Virus record (IMG/VR): IMGVR_UViG_3300027969_000058
Location: 50,736-114,735 of that record
DNA length: 64,000 nucleotides
Strand: one strand, 5' to 3'
Origin: a virus
A program made the translations under genes and the position numbers. Below the pieces are notes generated by a model. It was not told where the DNA came from. It ran no database searches and saw nothing but the letters and a program-made list of their open reading frames with translations. Below, in pieces: positions 49,189 to 58,049 of this stretch. How positions within the stretch are numbered: the stretch's first letter is position 1; every line of letters begins with the position of its first letter.

Positions 49189-49433
49189 TGGCCTTTCCTT
49201 GTACCCCAATCAGGAATCTTGCCGCCATACTTTTTGCCTTTGACTTTGTGTCCGCCCATGACCATACGGCTCTTTGGACTCTTACCCATCTTATGGCTTT
49301 TGTCACCTTCGCGGGCACGTAGACCTTGACTCTTACAGGATGCAAGGTTACTTGCGCCTAAATCACTGTTAGACTTAGTGCTGATGCAAAGAGCTCGGGA
49401 TGCTTTTTCTGTGATAATTTCGCTGACTTTCAT
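49185..49433 (-). CDS. Small basic protein
   Basis: MKVSEIITE; SCKSQGLR; YGGKIPDW; TAAATA 5 nt upstream. Confidence 0.75.
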   Translation of the reverse strand: MKVSEIITEKASRALCISTKSNSDLGASNLASCKSQGLRAREGDKSHKMGKSPKSRMVMGGHKVKGKKYGGKIPDWGTRKGQ

Positions 49434-49444
49434 GTATGTATTTA

Positions 49445-50266
49445 TTAGCTTTCAGTATCCAGCCATTCATATACATTTAGCCACTGTTGCTTACCCACAG
49501 TTTCTTTTAAGTGCTTTAAGTTTGCCTTAGTATTGCTACGAAAACGTTGTAGTTCTTGTTGCGAAACTGGTTCATATTCTATTTCTACACCTTCTTGGTC
49601 AGCAATATATTCAGCAATATCTAAGAAGCTATGGGCAAGGCCTGCACCCACGTTCCAAATGCCTGAACCGTTAACAGTGGTCATGAAATCAGTATGTATA
49701 CGGCAAACATCGCCTACCCATGTCCAATCTCTGTATACATGCTCGGCCGTTTCCCACACTGTGATCTTGCCTTCTTTGCGGGCCTGTTGACGCCATTTGT
49801 AAATGGCATTGGCTCGTTTACCTCTAAGATGCATCCACTTGCCGTAGACGTTAAAGTAACGAAACCCTTGTACCATGATAGTAGGCTCTTGCTGGAATAC
49901 CCAGCGATCAAATAGATACTTTGACCACGCATAAGGAGTCTGCGGATAGCAGGGAGCAAACTCACTGAAGTCTTTAGTTTGTCCGTAGACTGTGCTACTG
50001 CTGGCATACTGTAAGTTTACACCATTGTACTGACAGGCAGTGAATATCTCTTGACTGAATTCGAAGTTTTGTTTTAATACAGTGTCAACATCTGTATTGG
50101 CAACATCTGCTATTGCTCCGAGGTGTATAACCCAGTTGTAGGGCTTTACATTAGGGAAGTCTTTAGGATCCCACTCCCAACCTTCAACTTCATGTCCTTG
50201 TTGGTTTAACCAACTCATCATATTGCGACCAATAAACCCTTGGTGCCCGGTTACAAGAATCTTCAT
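49445..50266 (-). CDS. hldD: ADP-L-glycero-D-manno-heptose 6-epimerase-like SDR
   Basis: TGHQGFIG, HLGA, YASS, YAWSKYLFD, FRYFNVYG, RDWTWVGDV, SGIWNVG. Confidence 0.8.
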   Translation of the reverse strand: MKILVTGHQGFIGRNMMSWLNQQGHEVEGWEWDPKDFPNVKPYNWVIHLGAIADVANTDVDTVLKQNFEFSQEIFTACQYNGVNLQYASSSTVYGQTKDFSEFAPCYPQTPYAWSKYLFDRWVFQQEPTIMVQGFRYFNVYGKWMHLRGKRANAIYKWRQQARKEGKITVWETAEHVYRDWTWVGDVCRIHTDFMTTVNGSGIWNVGAGLAHSFLDIAEYIADQEGVEIEYEPVSQQELQRFRSNTKANLKHLKETVGKQQWLNVYEWLDTES

Positions 50267-50309
50267 AGTTACCTCTCACTGAATATTTATAGGGTTGTTA
50301 AGAAGACAT

Positions 50310-50336
50310 AAAAAAAGCAGCCCTGAGGCTGCTTTT
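50310..50336. terminator. Intrinsic terminator
   Basis: AAAAGCAGCC-CTGA-GGCTGCTTTT. Confidence 0.85.
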
Positions 50337-50354
50337 AATTTAAGCAATAAGAGC

Positions 50355-50627
50355 TTAGACTAAGCCAGCTGCCAATGCTTTGTAACCTGCGGCTACAACC
50401 TTACGGCTTGGCTTGCCAATTACATACTCAGTAACAGCAACACCATTGCCCGCGACACGCTTGTTTGCGTATACAGCATAACCGTTTTGACGGATGCGGC
50501 TAACTTCAGCACTGATGTTCTTAATGCCAAAACGCTTAGTGGCTTGTGCTGGAGTAACAACTTCGCCGTTGTACAATGCGTTAAAAAGTTTGAAAGTCTT
50601 AGTTTCTGGATTGAAATGTTTAATCAT
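50355..50627 (-). CDS. Winged-HTH DNA-binding protein
   Basis: TPAQATKRFGIKNISAEVSRIRQNGY...Y.IGKPSR. Confidence 0.7.
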   Translation of the reverse strand: MIKHFNPETKTFKLFNALYNGEVVTPAQATKRFGIKNISAEVSRIRQNGYAVYANKRVAGNGVAVTEYVIGKPSRKVVAAGYKALAAGLV

Positions 50628-50673
50628 AATAGTTTTCCTTGTTAGTGTTAGCTTTAATTGCTAACGTTCTATA

Positions 50674-50702
50674 AGTATAAGCGAAATGCGATGCAAGGTC
50701 AA
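50674..50702 (-). promoter_or_regulatory. sigma70 promoter
   Basis: TTGACC-N17-TATACT. Confidence 0.75.
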
Positions 50703-50721
50703 GATAAACGGTAAAACACGT

Positions 50722-51069
50722 TTAAATTTTAATGCCCAATGTATCCACTTCTTCTTTTGATAATACGCCTTTAAAGGTCTTGCCGGGAAAACGCTGTCCA
50801 ACCAAATCTAATGCTTCTTGAAGTGTAGCACCTTGTGCAAGGAATTCTTTAGTAGTATCGTTGTATAGATAAATCACGTCATCATGTCGCTCTACTCTAA
50901 GAGGATCTGAGCTGTCAGTTTCAGCATCATCGGGTTGTTTAAATTTTTCTAAAATTGTAATTAGAGAACCGGGATCCTCTAATAATTTATTCATTATTCG
51001 TTGAGTCCAGCGACTATGTAGCCACCAGCCGTAGATGAATCCCAATACAAAAGTTATTAAAATTTCCAT
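50722..51069 (-). CDS. Membrane-anchored hypothetical protein
   Basis: N-terminal TM; YLY..EFLAQG. Confidence 0.7.
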   Translation of the reverse strand: MEILITFVLGFIYGWWLHSRWTQRIMNKLLEDPGSLITILEKFKQPDDAETDSSDPLRVERHDDVIYLYNDTTKEFLAQGATLQEALDLVGQRFPGKTFKGVLSKEEVDTLGIKI

Positions 51070-51070
51070 G

Positions 51071-51253
51071 TTATGAATTTACCGTTTCTGTGAATCGTTG
51101 TAAAAAAGCATCAACTAAGCAATTGTAAGTATTGCCAGTGTTAATGTTATCATAGTGAATCCAAGTTTCTTGATCATTGTTAATTACGTTCGAGACTTTG
51201 AACACAATCGATGCAGATGTTGTCCACCGTGATCCTATTTTGATTTGTTTCAT
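51071..51253 (-). CDS. Small hypothetical protein
   Basis: MKQIKIGSRW...CLVDAFLQRF. Confidence 0.65.
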   Translation of the reverse strand: MKQIKIGSRWTTSASIVFKVSNVINNDQETWIHYDNINTGNTYNCLVDAFLQRFTETVNS

Positions 51254-51267
51254 ATCTTTATTTAATG

Positions 51268-51555
51268 TTAACTGCCCCATTTTAGTATCCAATATGTATA
51301 ATCTTTAGCAGTTAGTTTAGCCGTTACGATGTAACTATATCCGTAAGTTAAGTGATCCGTTTGCCTATGCCATTCGGGTTGATCCACAGCATGATTCATA
51401 ACCCATTGGCCCATTTCACTTTGCTGCCATTCCCAAAGTGGTTGTGCGGCATAGAGATCTGGATCATCAACATCACCCATCTGAAAGCGATGCACTACCG
51501 CAGTTTTAATTTCAACTACTTGATCGTTAATGACATTAAACTGATTGAGATACAT
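51268..51555 (-). CDS. FxLRW-family paralog
   Basis: DVDDPDLYAAQP; ends YWILKWGS; GAGG RBS. Confidence 0.7.
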   Translation of the reverse strand: MYLNQFNVINDQVVEIKTAVVHRFQMGDVDDPDLYAAQPLWEWQQSEMGQWVMNHAVDQPEWHRQTDHLTYGYSYIVTAKLTAKDYTYWILKWGS

Positions 51556-51889
51556 TTTCCTCAGCGATGACCAATCTCTTGAAAGTTTCGAAGTTTCCCC
51601 GTGCTCTATCAAGTCCGGGGTATTTTCCACATAGCTCATCTAACTGCTTTTCCTCTGCTTGTTTTTTGCTTGCCCAATCTAATATAGATTCTGCTTCGGG
51701 TGTTAGGCTTACTGTAGGATAGAATACGCTAAATTGTTTCCACATGTTGCCATCATTAACTTCCATACAGTTCATATTAGAGTTCCATCGAAGCATGCCG
51801 GCGCCTACTGATCCTGGGCTAATATATGGATCACTTACACCGCTGTTTGAAATAGTAATATACTTACTGCCATTGATGTTTTTAATCAT
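51536..51889 (-). CDS. Hypothetical protein
   Basis: GMLRWN..MEVNDG..W; KYPGL. Confidence 0.7.
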   Translation of the reverse strand: MIKNINGSKYITISNSGVSDPYISPGSVGAGMLRWNSNMNCMEVNDGNMWKQFSVFYPTVSLTPEAESILDWASKKQAEEKQLDELCGKYPGLDRARGNFETFKRLVIAEENVSQSV

Positions 51890-52113
51890 TCGTTACCACT
51901 CCATCTTAATATAAACCAGTCTCGTTGGCTTTCTTTACGGAAGCTGAACAATCTATCAGTCATCCGCATGCCTTTACCAAACTCGCTGTTACACCAATCT
52001 TCCATTTCTTTAAGTTGAATTTCAGAAACTGGTATCGCATCTTCGTTATCATCGTCTTCAATAACTATGCCAGGTAGTCTAAACATACCCACTTCACAGG
52101 TCTTAAGTTTCAT
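51886..52113 (-). CDS. FxLRW-family paralog
   Basis: DWC; ends RDWFILRWSGNE. Confidence 0.7.
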   Translation of the reverse strand: MKLKTCEVGMFRLPGIVIEDDDNEDAIPVSEIQLKEMEDWCNSEFGKGMRMTDRLFSFRKESQRDWFILRWSGNE

Positions 52114-52262
52114 AATGATTTAATCCGTTCAATAATCTGTTTTGCATCTAACATGTTGCTGGTTTCTAATAGTTTTTCAATAATACTATCTTGTTGATTA
52201 TACACGGGTTGACACATATAGTCAAGACTGTACGGTTGTGTCCATTTAATTGAGTATTTCAT
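52110..52262 (-). CDS. 50-aa hypothetical protein
   Basis: MKYSIKWTQPYSLDYMCQPV...IERIKSL; ATGA overlaps at both ends. Confidence 0.65.
   Translation of the reverse strand: MKYSIKWTQPYSLDYMCQPVYNQQDSIIEKLLETSNMLDAKQIIERIKSL
52197..52225 (-). promoter_or_regulatory. Intragenic sigma70 promoter
   Basis: TTGACT-N17-TATAAT. Confidence 0.65.
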
Positions 52263-52540
52263 GAGCTCCACCTTAATAAGAACATGGTTATTTGTTTGTC
52301 GTTAGTAAATTGAAACATGTCGAAACTGATACGCTTTCCACATTTACTATCCTGGCACCACTTTTGGATTGGATCCATGTCTGATTCTTTCAAACCCAAT
52401 TCAAATCCTCTTTGTTGAGGCAACCATGTGGCTTTGAGTTTTCGTCCGGGCAGTTGATGCCAAATGATCTTAGGTGGATTAGGCAACATGCGCATGAATG
52501 CCTGCGCAGACATTGCTCGTTTACTGTTAAACCCTGTCAT
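52259..52540 (-). CDS. FxLRW-family paralog
   Basis: KWC; ends TMFLLRWSS. Confidence 0.7.
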   Translation of the reverse strand: MTGFNSKRAMSAQAFMRMLPNPPKIIWHQLPGRKLKATWLPQQRGFELGLKESDMDPIQKWCQDSKCGKRISFDMFQFTNDKQITMFLLRWSS

Positions 52541-52863
52541 GACCACCTCAATATAAACCAATCACGATCTTTGGCATTACGGAACCAAAACTTGGCATTG
52601 TTCACATACCAACGTTGATCAGCTGTCCGTACACCGTCTTTATGTGTAGGACCAAATGAGTTAACCATCCATTCCATCATATCGCTCCACTTACCTTCTG
52701 CATTCATAGGAGCCACTGTGAGATACTCGTGACCAAACACTGTACCCTTGCTGTACTCTAAGTAGTAATCAAATACATAGCCCATACCTTTAAGAACCTG
52801 CTTATCAATATCGTCAGACATGCGTTGTCCGGCAGCATCTAAGATTGCTTGTTCTAATGTCAT
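52537..52863 (-). CDS. FxLRW-family paralog
   Basis: EWM..FGP..RWY; ends RDWFILRWS. Confidence 0.7.
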   Translation of the reverse strand: MTLEQAILDAAGQRMSDDIDKQVLKGMGYVFDYYLEYSKGTVFGHEYLTVAPMNAEGKWSDMMEWMVNSFGPTHKDGVRTADQRWYVNNAKFWFRNAKDRDWFILRWS

Positions 52864-53225
52864 TTACGTGCTAACTCCAACAGCATCACATACTTTTGAT
52901 AGGCTTTTTCCACTGCGGGATTGTTCAGCCTAACATTCCTATCTTGTTCATAACGTGCCATCAGTTGTCGTTCTGAGTCAAGTCTTTTGTAATGTCCTTC
53001 TGCATCTGTAACAAAACCTATAAGGCTGTCTAATCTATCTTTGGGCATTAGGATGTCAACACAGTCTACTTCTTCAATTTGCATTGCTGTCTGATAGAAA
53101 GTATTATCGCTAACAGCATAATTCCAAGCATTTGTCTTGTGCCACATGTTAGGAATCCTGCGTAGCTTGCGACGGCTTTGCTCCACACGCATATCAAACT
53201 TGTTAAAAAATTCTTCTTCCTTCAT
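52860..53225 (-). CDS. Hypothetical protein
   Basis: C-terminal NPAVEKAYQKYVMLLEL, similar to end of 55214..55672. Confidence 0.7.
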   Translation of the reverse strand: MKEEEFFNKFDMRVEQSRRKLRRIPNMWHKTNAWNYAVSDNTFYQTAMQIEEVDCVDILMPKDRLDSLIGFVTDAEGHYKRLDSERQLMARYEQDRNVRLNNPAVEKAYQKYVMLLELARK

Positions 53226-53440
53226 GATAGATACTTTAATGCAAATAGTGTTGAATACTTTTCTTCATAGAAGGTAAAATTAGTAAAGCCCTTGACATCA
53301 CCAATCATTGGATCCCAACGGCTTTGATTGTAGGCAAAGTCAAAATGCACACCCTGTACCAATCCGCTGGCACGTAGTTCTTTAACTATCTCAATTACAG
53401 CTACTGGATTTTTATCTTTGACAACAACGGTTATAGCCAT
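53222..53440 (-). CDS. FxLRW-family paralog
   Basis: GLVQGVHFDFAY; ends TLFALKYLS. Confidence 0.7.
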   Translation of the reverse strand: MAITVVVKDKNPVAVIEIVKELRASGLVQGVHFDFAYNQSRWDPMIGDVKGFTNFTFYEEKYSTLFALKYLS

Positions 53441-53751
53441 TTAAGTTTGAACCAATTGGCTTCCTTGTCTGAGCGCAAATAGATCTTAGTGTCATAGAAC
53501 TCAGTGTGCCAACACCAATGTGTGTTAACATTGAACTCGTCAGATAACATCTGCAGATAGTGTTCACGCTCACAGCTCATGCCCCACGTCTGTATGCACC
53601 AATCTCGGACCTCTTGAAACTTTGTAATCTTTTGACTCTTGTTTAGCTTGGTATGGATTATAGCAAACGAAGTGTTCTTAATGTCAACTACATAGGCAAA
53701 CACATCTGAGCCAGTGTATCGCTTGTCTGTTTTCTTAACAGTGATCTTCAT
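53431..53751 (-). CDS. FxLRW-family paralog
   Basis: DWCIQTWG; ends NWFKLKWL. Confidence 0.7.
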   Translation of the reverse strand: MKITVKKTDKRYTGSDVFAYVVDIKNTSFAIIHTKLNKSQKITKFQEVRDWCIQTWGMSCEREHYLQMLSDEFNVNTHWCWHTEFYDTKIYLRSDKEANWFKLKWL

Positions 53752-53954
53752 TTGTCTTCAAAACCAAAGAGTACTTTTAAATCGGCGCCGAGCAGATGCC
53801 CGTGTTCCCAAGTGCTACGAGCATACCGATCGCACTCCAATATAACCATTTTAGTATATTGCTCCACTGCGGCTTCCCACTTGACTCGATCCTTGCCCAG
53901 GCCGTAGACATCAATATGTGATTCTCTAACAAGTTCTCTAATTCGTTCGTTCAT
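53748..53954 (-). CDS. MNERI-family small protein
   Basis: MNERIREL...ILEC...FGFE. Confidence 0.7.
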   Translation of the reverse strand: MNERIRELVRESHIDVYGLGKDRVKWEAAVEQYTKMVILECDRYARSTWEHGHLLGADLKVLFGFEDK

Positions 53955-54187
53955 TCTTCAACTCCAAAATGTTGTTTAATCTGTTCACCTATCATACGGC
54001 CTGTCCAAGCAGGATGATCCTCACAAGTCTGTAACATTTCTTTTACAATCAACTCGGCGAACTTTTCTAATCCCATTCCGTTAGTATAAACAATCTTTTC
54101 AAGACCTATTGCTGATGGGATATACCATTCGCCATCCATAACTTTACATCCAGCCTGTTCAGCAAGTTGTCGAATTCGTTCGTTCAT
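53951..54187 (-). CDS. MNERI-family small protein
   Basis: MNERIRQLAEQA...EKFAELIVKE...HFGVEE. Confidence 0.75.
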   Translation of the reverse strand: MNERIRQLAEQAGCKVMDGEWYIPSAIGLEKIVYTNGMGLEKFAELIVKEMLQTCEDHPAWTGRMIGEQIKQHFGVEE

Positions 54188-54552
54188 TCTTCAACTCCTT
54201 CTGCAGGTTGATTGGGTATGTTGTCGGTATCGCCATCCTGTGCAACTACAAACCCCAAGTCCAACATGGTTTTCTGTTCGTCCCAGACACAGTGAGGACG
54301 AAATACAAACAGCCGTAAAGTAAGATTATCTCGGCTGTAGTAAATCCTGTATCGTACCGGATCCTCACCCAGGGCCGTGGCAAGTTCTTGCAATGTAAAA
54401 CTTTCCGGCCAATCTTCATTCACACTGGTGCGAGTCTGCTCAAAGTAGAAATCCTGCATACGCTGTATGGCACTACCTTTGCCCCACAATGTGTTTTGCT
54501 CACACCATTGAATGGTGCGGTCCAGCATCGCTGTTGTAATTTCATTGTTCAT
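54184..54552 (-). CDS. Hypothetical protein with GVEE junction
   Basis: Unrelated core flanked by shared junction sequence. Confidence 0.7.
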   Translation of the reverse strand: MNNEITTAMLDRTIQWCEQNTLWGKGSAIQRMQDFYFEQTRTSVNEDWPESFTLQELATALGEDPVRYRIYYSRDNLTLRLFVFRPHCVWDEQKTMLDLGFVVAQDGDTDNIPNQPAEGVEE

Positions 54553-54761
54553 TCTTCAACTCCGAAATGTTCTGCCAATGCATTATATGCTGTAGGACTT
54601 GCACACTTTTTAGCAACAACTTCCATACATTCCTTAACAATCAACTCAGCGAACTTTTCGTGATACACTTTTGCCCAGTTTTCTATATCAAGATTGTTTG
54701 GATGCAACTCGTCAGCATGTTGTCTTGCCAGTAGCGCAAGGTATTCGATTCTTTCGTTCAT
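54549..54761 (-). CDS. MNERI-family small protein
   Basis: MNERIEYLA...EKFAELIVKEC...HFGVEE. Confidence 0.75.
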   Translation of the reverse strand: MNERIEYLALLARQHADELHPNNLDIENWAKVYHEKFAELIVKECMEVVAKKCASPTAYNALAEHFGVEE

Positions 54762-55000
54762 TTGCGTAGTCCTTTGATATCTTTATATTTGACACGAATA
54801 ATAGTGTGCCATTCTTTACCAATCTTCATAGGCAAGTCCAGACTGACACTGACCATAGGCCCTTCTGGCTCATTACGCATATTGTCTGTATAGGCAGTGC
54901 CCACAAAAGGTATCTTCATATATGTGCCTTCAACCCTATCGCCAAACTTGTATTTGGGCTTAGGTCGATTGGCTTCAAAGTATTCAGCAAGACTTGCCAT
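54758..55000 (-). CDS. Small SH3/KOW-like protein
   Basis: YKFGDRVEG..IPFVG..LDLP. Confidence 0.65.
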   Translation of the reverse strand: MASLAEYFEANRPKPKYKFGDRVEGTYMKIPFVGTAYTDNMRNEPEGPMVSVSLDLPMKIGKEWHTIIRVKYKDIKGLRK

Positions 55001-55221
55001 TAGATAACCCTGCCTAATCCTAACCAGATAAGTTGTTCAAGCTCAGTTTGATAGTCCTGTCCTAATCTACGTTTTTCGTAAATAGTCTGCAGGATCTCTT
55101 TGCCATCGCTGAAGCTGCCTGTGCCTGCACCGCGGCTTTCTAATTCTTCAATCAGGTCGTCTGTATCAAACTCTGATAAGTCAACATCTACCTCTACCTC
55201 GGTGTAAATTGTTTTATACAT
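55000..55221 (-). CDS. Small acidic protein
   Basis: VDVDLSEFDTDDLIEELESRG. Confidence 0.7.
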   Translation of the reverse strand: MYKTIYTEVEVDVDLSEFDTDDLIEELESRGAGTGSFSDGKEILQTIYEKRRLGQDYQTELEQLIWLGLGRVI

Positions 55222-55672
55222 TATGTTCCTTTGTTAGTTCTACTACAAATAAAAACTTCTCATAAGCCTTGCGAACGATTGGGTTAGCCAATAGTTTGTC
55301 TGCTTCTTCTTGCATAGCTTTAACTCCTGCTTCGGCACAGTCGTGTACACTCAACCCGTGTAATGTACACAGGTCGTCACCAAACTCTTTGGCTAACTTT
55401 TCCCAAGCTCGCTTCTGCCCTACTGTGATAGGAGTACTCTTTGGACGCAGTTCGCTGGCTTTTGATATAGCCCGACAAATAGCATCTTCAGCTACACGGC
55501 CTGCGGCAATCATGGCAGCATAGTCAGGGTCGATGTTATAGCGAGTACTTTTACCGCCAGGGTAGCTCATGACCAAATGTGTGCCTTTGGTAAAGCTGTC
55601 AAGGAAATTGTTGTCGTACTCGCTCACAGGCACATACTTGCGGCCTATCTTTTCGTAGTAAATCTTTTTCAT
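55214..55672 (-). CDS. Hypothetical protein
   Basis: MKKIYYEKIGRKYVPV...NPIVRKAYEKF. Confidence 0.7.
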   Translation of the reverse strand: MKKIYYEKIGRKYVPVSEYDNNFLDSFTKGTHLVMSYPGGKSTRYNIDPDYAAMIAAGRVAEDAICRAISKASELRPKSTPITVGQKRAWEKLAKEFGDDLCTLHGLSVHDCAEAGVKAMQEEADKLLANPIVRKAYEKFLFVVELTKEHNV

Positions 55673-55682
55673 TGTACGAATC

Positions 55683-56453
55683 TCAAAATTGTTTATCAAC
55701 AATATGATTATACATGATATCTTTAACTTTGTCAAACCTTTCTTGTTTATTCTTTGCGCCAAGAATAACTATGTAAAAGATTTGGCTATTCTGTTCAACT
55801 ACTAAACCAACACACCAACCGGCCGGATTTGTAAATCCAGTTTTGGTAACAACAATATTGTCAAATTCAAATAACACCGGTGCATTGGTGTTTGGCAATA
55901 CTATCTTTCGAATTTGTTTTTTAGCCTGAGTTTCAAATATTGCCTGTTTCTTAATACTGGTTGCTCGAATAAACTCGTTCTCTGAACTGGCTTTGAGTAG
56001 TTTAGCAACATCTCGAGCAGTACTTACATTGAACACACTTAGTCCCGAAGGATCAATAAACTTAGTGTCAGTCATACCAAGTAGGTGAGCTTTTTGATTC
56101 ATTGCTTTTAGAAAGCCTACGCGACCATTTGGGTAGTCTTCTGCTAATGTTTCAGCGGCTGCATTGTCACTGCGAACTAACATAGCAGTTAATAATTCTT
56201 CACGTGTATAACGATTTCTTGGTAATAGACTTCCAAACCTACTATGCAATGGTAACAGTGCATAGGGCGCATTACCGCTGTCCAATGCAACAAGGGCAGT
56301 CATTAACTTAGTAAGGCTGGCAAAAGGTCGCACCCGATCAGGCGCCTGTGCAATTATAGTTTTATTAGTAGTTTGATTAAACAACAAGATGCTGGGCTCG
56401 GTGGCCCAGCATGTGTTCGATACAACGATAATAACTGCCGCTATAAATCGCAT
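55683..56453 (-). CDS. Peptidase S11 D-Ala-D-Ala endo/carboxypeptidase (PBP7-like)
   Basis: ASLTK (SxxK), SDN, KTG; signal peptide. Confidence 0.9.
   Translation of the reverse strand: MRFIAAVIIVVSNTCWATEPSILLFNQTTNKTIIAQAPDRVRPFASLTKLMTALVALDSGNAPYALLPLHSRFGSLLPRNRYTREELLTAMLVRSDNAAAETLAEDYPNGRVGFLKAMNQKAHLLGMTDTKFIDPSGLSVFNVSTARDVAKLLKASSENEFIRATSIKKQAIFETQAKKQIRKIVLPNTNAPVLFEFDNIVVTKTGFTNPAGWCVGLVVEQNSQIFYIVILGAKNKQERFDKVKDIMYNHIVDKQF
55707..55735 (-). promoter_or_regulatory. Consensus sigma70 promoter in 3' end of S11 gene
   Basis: TTGACA-N17-TATAAT. Confidence 0.85.
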
Positions 56454-56465
56454 ACATCGACAATA

Positions 56466-57026
56466 TTACAACTGAGTTTCTTTCCACCGATCTGCACGGG
56501 CACGTGAGCCTTCTGGATCAATGTGATACTCATCAATAGCATGACGTAACGCTTGTTCTACAAACTGATTAAAAGTTATATCTTTTTCATGTGCCATTTT
56601 CATATATTGAAGGAGCTCATGATCCGGGATATCAATTGGTAAACTTACACGAGTATCATAGTCTTCACCTTCTTTAATGGCCAAACACTTTTGGAAGAAG
56701 TCATCGTCGACTTCTAAATCTATATAGTCTACTTCGTCCCACGCTTGGTCTTTGTTGATGCCACGATGGTCAGCTTCATCCTGCATGTCTGCACTGAAGT
56801 CTGAATTGATCATTCGGTATGCACGGTTGTGTACATAGTCATGTGCTTGAACTTCGTAGACTGTTTGATTGTCAGTATCAAAAATAATACTAAAACTATA
56901 TCCGTCTTGCTCTCCATTCCAACTGTCCAATTGATAGACATCGGTGCCATAACATTGCCAGCCGTAATTGCTGCCTTCTGTAATGCGATAATCTACAAGT
57001 TCCATCCATTCTTTAATAGTGATCAT
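56466..57026 (-). CDS. Acidic hypothetical protein, C-terminal HicB/RHH-like end
   Basis: YRITEGS..W..YG; AHEKDITFNQFVEQAL. Confidence 0.65.
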   Translation of the reverse strand: MITIKEWMELVDYRITEGSNYGWQCYGTDVYQLDSWNGEQDGYSFSIIFDTDNQTVYEVQAHDYVHNRAYRMINSDFSADMQDEADHRGINKDQAWDEVDYIDLEVDDDFFQKCLAIKEGEDYDTRVSLPIDIPDHELLQYMKMAHEKDITFNQFVEQALRHAIDEYHIDPEGSRARADRWKETQL

Positions 57027-57346
57027 TTTATAACTTCCTTTGATTTGTGGGTAACGAAAACTGACTTGCCTTTTTCTCTAATTAAGTCTGCTAACTCTTG
57101 CGGACTGTCCTTACTGTACTCGATTACAGTTTCTATATCAACACTGCTCCAAAAGGTCCATATCTCTGGGAACCTTTGCGGGTTTGCTTTGGCCCGCATG
57201 ATCAATGCTCCTATGGGGAACTTACTCGTTGCGGGCTTGTCTGTTAGGGCGGCCCACATTGCTTTTTTATCTAACTCTGTGAGATCAACTACACACTCAA
57301 AGCCCAGAGTATCAAAATAGGCAAGTAATAGATTATCCTGTTGCAT
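57023..57346 (-). CDS. Hypothetical protein
   Basis: FDTLGFECVVD...RAKANPQR..EIW. Confidence 0.7.
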   Translation of the reverse strand: MQQDNLLLAYFDTLGFECVVDLTELDKKAMWAALTDKPATSKFPIGALIMRAKANPQRFPEIWTFWSSVDIETVIEYSKDSPQELADLIREKGKSVFVTHKSKEVIK

Positions 57347-57348
57347 AA

Positions 57349-58023
57349 TTAACCTTGTACTGTTACGGCCTGTTCAAATAGCCATTCGTCGTTAAGTGTA
57401 GCATCGCTGATAAACTCTGGATTGTGTACGAAACAACGATCCTTCTTAGACTCGTAAGTGATTACCAAAGTCTTGTCAGTGTCTGCATGATTACGCACAT
57501 GATGCTTCTTAACTGAGTCTGCTGGTTTAACCTGTACAGGATAGTCTCCAATCCAAGCATCAATGCCCTGTGTTTCTTCTTCGGCTGTACTCCAACGATG
57601 TTCAAGGTCAAAGTATTTGGCCACTGCCAGTACACTGTGATACTCACCGCTCATGCCATAATGGGTTTTGTTAATTACCAAGTCTGTGATGTAGGCTTCG
57701 GCAACTGCTTTGGTGAACACAGTTCTATCTAACGGCATCTTTGACAGCATGTCCCAGAGCTTGTCTGCGGCACTGGCTATCTTTGCTTGTCCTTTATGCT
57801 GAGTAAAGTAGAACTCCTGCCATGCTTCAACAGAATGTCCTGTTGTCTGCTTTGTGGCTAAAAACTCTGTAAACAGCTCTTTCATACTGCCCACAGTCTT
57901 TACCTGTGTGGCTTTGCTGTTTTGAGTAGCAATGTTCAACACAGGCTTTGAGTACTTAGGAAAGTCAAAGTCACTGTTGCGTTTAGTCAACGATTGAAAG
58001 TGTTTGGCAGTAAGTGTTAGCAT
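57349..58023 (-). CDS. MjaI-family restriction endonuclease-like protein
   Basis: FPKYS..LNIATQNSKAT...VGSMKELF; EEETQGIDAWIGDYPVQVKP (PD...QxK-type core). Confidence 0.7.
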   Translation of the reverse strand: MLTLTAKHFQSLTKRNSDFDFPKYSKPVLNIATQNSKATQVKTVGSMKELFTEFLATKQTTGHSVEAWQEFYFTQHKGQAKIASAADKLWDMLSKMPLDRTVFTKAVAEAYITDLVINKTHYGMSGEYHSVLAVAKYFDLEHRWSTAEEETQGIDAWIGDYPVQVKPADSVKKHHVRNHADTDKTLVITYESKKDRCFVHNPEFISDATLNDEWLFEQAVTVQG

Positions 58024-58049
58024 ATGAGTAGTTCTTAAACAATACAGTA

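Larger units (their letters stand above)
53940..54563. repeat. Repeated gene-junction sequence
   Basis: 26-bp identity at 53940-53965 and 54173-54198; 17-bp core at 54547-54563 (minus GGAGTTGAAGAATGAAC). Confidence 0.9.
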
